A DNA stretch of 64,000 bases from positions 45,508,001 to 45,572,000 of the forward strand of contig OX597815.1 of NCBI GenBank assembly GCA_951406725.2, read 5' to 3'. The notes beneath the pieces were generated by a model that was not told the origin of the DNA, did not search any database, and saw nothing but the letters and a program-made list of their open reading frames with translations. Source of the DNA: Octopus vulgaris. Lineage: Eukaryota. Within the stretch, counting starts at the first letter, position 1. Each line of letters opens with the position of its first letter. Position numbers and translations under genes: made by a program. This document shows, piece after piece, positions 62,836 to 64,000 of the stretch.

Positions 62836-63344
62836 CTCTCAAACCAGAGCTCCACAGCTGGATGCAGTTTAAAATCATACTGAAGTCTACTCTGACCCGC
62901 AGTAGCAGCACCTGGTAGAATCCCAGATATTGGTTACTTAGCACGTAAACCAATGAGAATGAAAGACCCATACTCCACGTTAGAACTTCCTTCTAGGAGA
63001 AGGTAAATTCGTATAAAAAACCCGAAGAGCAGTTGGTTTCTAGTCATCTCAACCGCTGTTGTGTTACTGGTTTCATAGTTTATGGTTCAAAAAGCTGGGC
63101 CCAGTGCTGTGCAACACTTTATCCACTCAAAGCAAATTCATGCGCACAGGAACGTCTTGGACTCTTTTGCACGGACTTACTGAGTTTAGGAAGTGGACTT
63201 ACTCGGACACGAATCGACTTCTATCATGTATGTATGTATGTATGTATGTATGTATGTATGTATGTATGTATGTATGTATGTATGTGTGTGTATGTGCATG
63301 CATGTATGTATGTATGTATTATGTATGTATGTATGTATGTATGT

Positions 63345-63473
63345 ACAGTGATACCTCATTTTACGAAGACCCGCTTTACGAGACACCAGGTTTACGAGTC
63401 TTCTGTTTGCGAGTTTTCTCTTTACGAGTGTTCTCCGGGAACGAATTAACTCGAATATCGGGGCATTACTGTA
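63345..63473. mobile_element. Short Tigger-like MITE
   Basis: TA-cagtgatacctcattttacga ... ctcgaatatcggggcattactg-TA; related to 56480-57026. Confidence 0.8.
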
Positions 63474-63554
63474 TGTGCTTATGTATATATACATGTACAG
63501 AGGTAAGAATAACAACGTGTGCATATAAGTATGTATGTATATGTATGTGTGTGA

Positions 63555-63875
63555 AGGTGCGTGGCTTAGTGGTTAGGGTATTCAGCTGACGACCGTAAGG
63601 TCGTGATTTCGATTCCATGCAACTCGTTGTGTCTTTGAGCAAAACACTTTACTCCACGTTGCTTCGTTCCACTCAGCTGATAAAAACGAGTTGTACATGT
63701 ATTTCAAAGGGCCAGTCTTGTCACATTCTGTGCCATGCTGAATCTCCCAGGGAACTACGTTAAAGGTGCGCGTGTCTGTGGAGTGCTCAGCCACTTGCAT
63801 GTTAATTTCATGAGCAGGCTGTTCCGTTGATTAGATCAACTTGAACACCTATCGTCCTAACCAACAGAGTACCAT
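63555..63875 (+). mobile_element. SINE family C, full length
   Basis: ggtgcgtggcttagtggttagggtattc...ttcgattcc head plus family C body and tail. Confidence 0.88.
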
Positions 63876-64000
63876 TATACGTAACTGTGCATGTATATAT
63901 GTGTGCAGACAACGATATGTTTATATACGTGGAACTCTATGCTTTGACTTATGTATTTGTGTAGATGCATATTTGCATCTTAACATCTGTGGATATATGC

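Overview
AT-rich, microsatellite- and transposon-dense animal genomic DNA. The SINE and RTE repeat families resemble those I know from octopus, so the species is an inference. One host gene is supported: a minus-strand SLC5A sodium/glucose or myo-inositol cotransporter. Four coding exons are visible (34850-34758, 8349-8281, 2896-2792, 1488-1429), all with phase-0 GT-AG introns. Intron 1 is 26.4 kb and the gene runs off the left edge. The rest is mostly transposable elements: three tRNA-derived SINE families, RTE, CR1/L2, R4-like and Penelope-like retroelement remnants, a Tc1 element, several MITE types and at least eight Helitrons. Highlights: (1) three ORF1-only L1/Tx1-like elements sit inside one small Helentron-type element, two of them at the same ~27-bp target; (2) hammerhead-ribozyme-like motifs, one in a tRNA-headed SINE; (3) the dominant SINE shares its 3' tail with a CR1/L2 LINE in the window; (4) a Helitron carrying an OTU protease domain, plus exact head-to-tail Helitron junctions; (5) several long fold-back hairpins. 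All calls come from reading the sequence by eye, and repeat boundaries are approximate unless termini are quoted.
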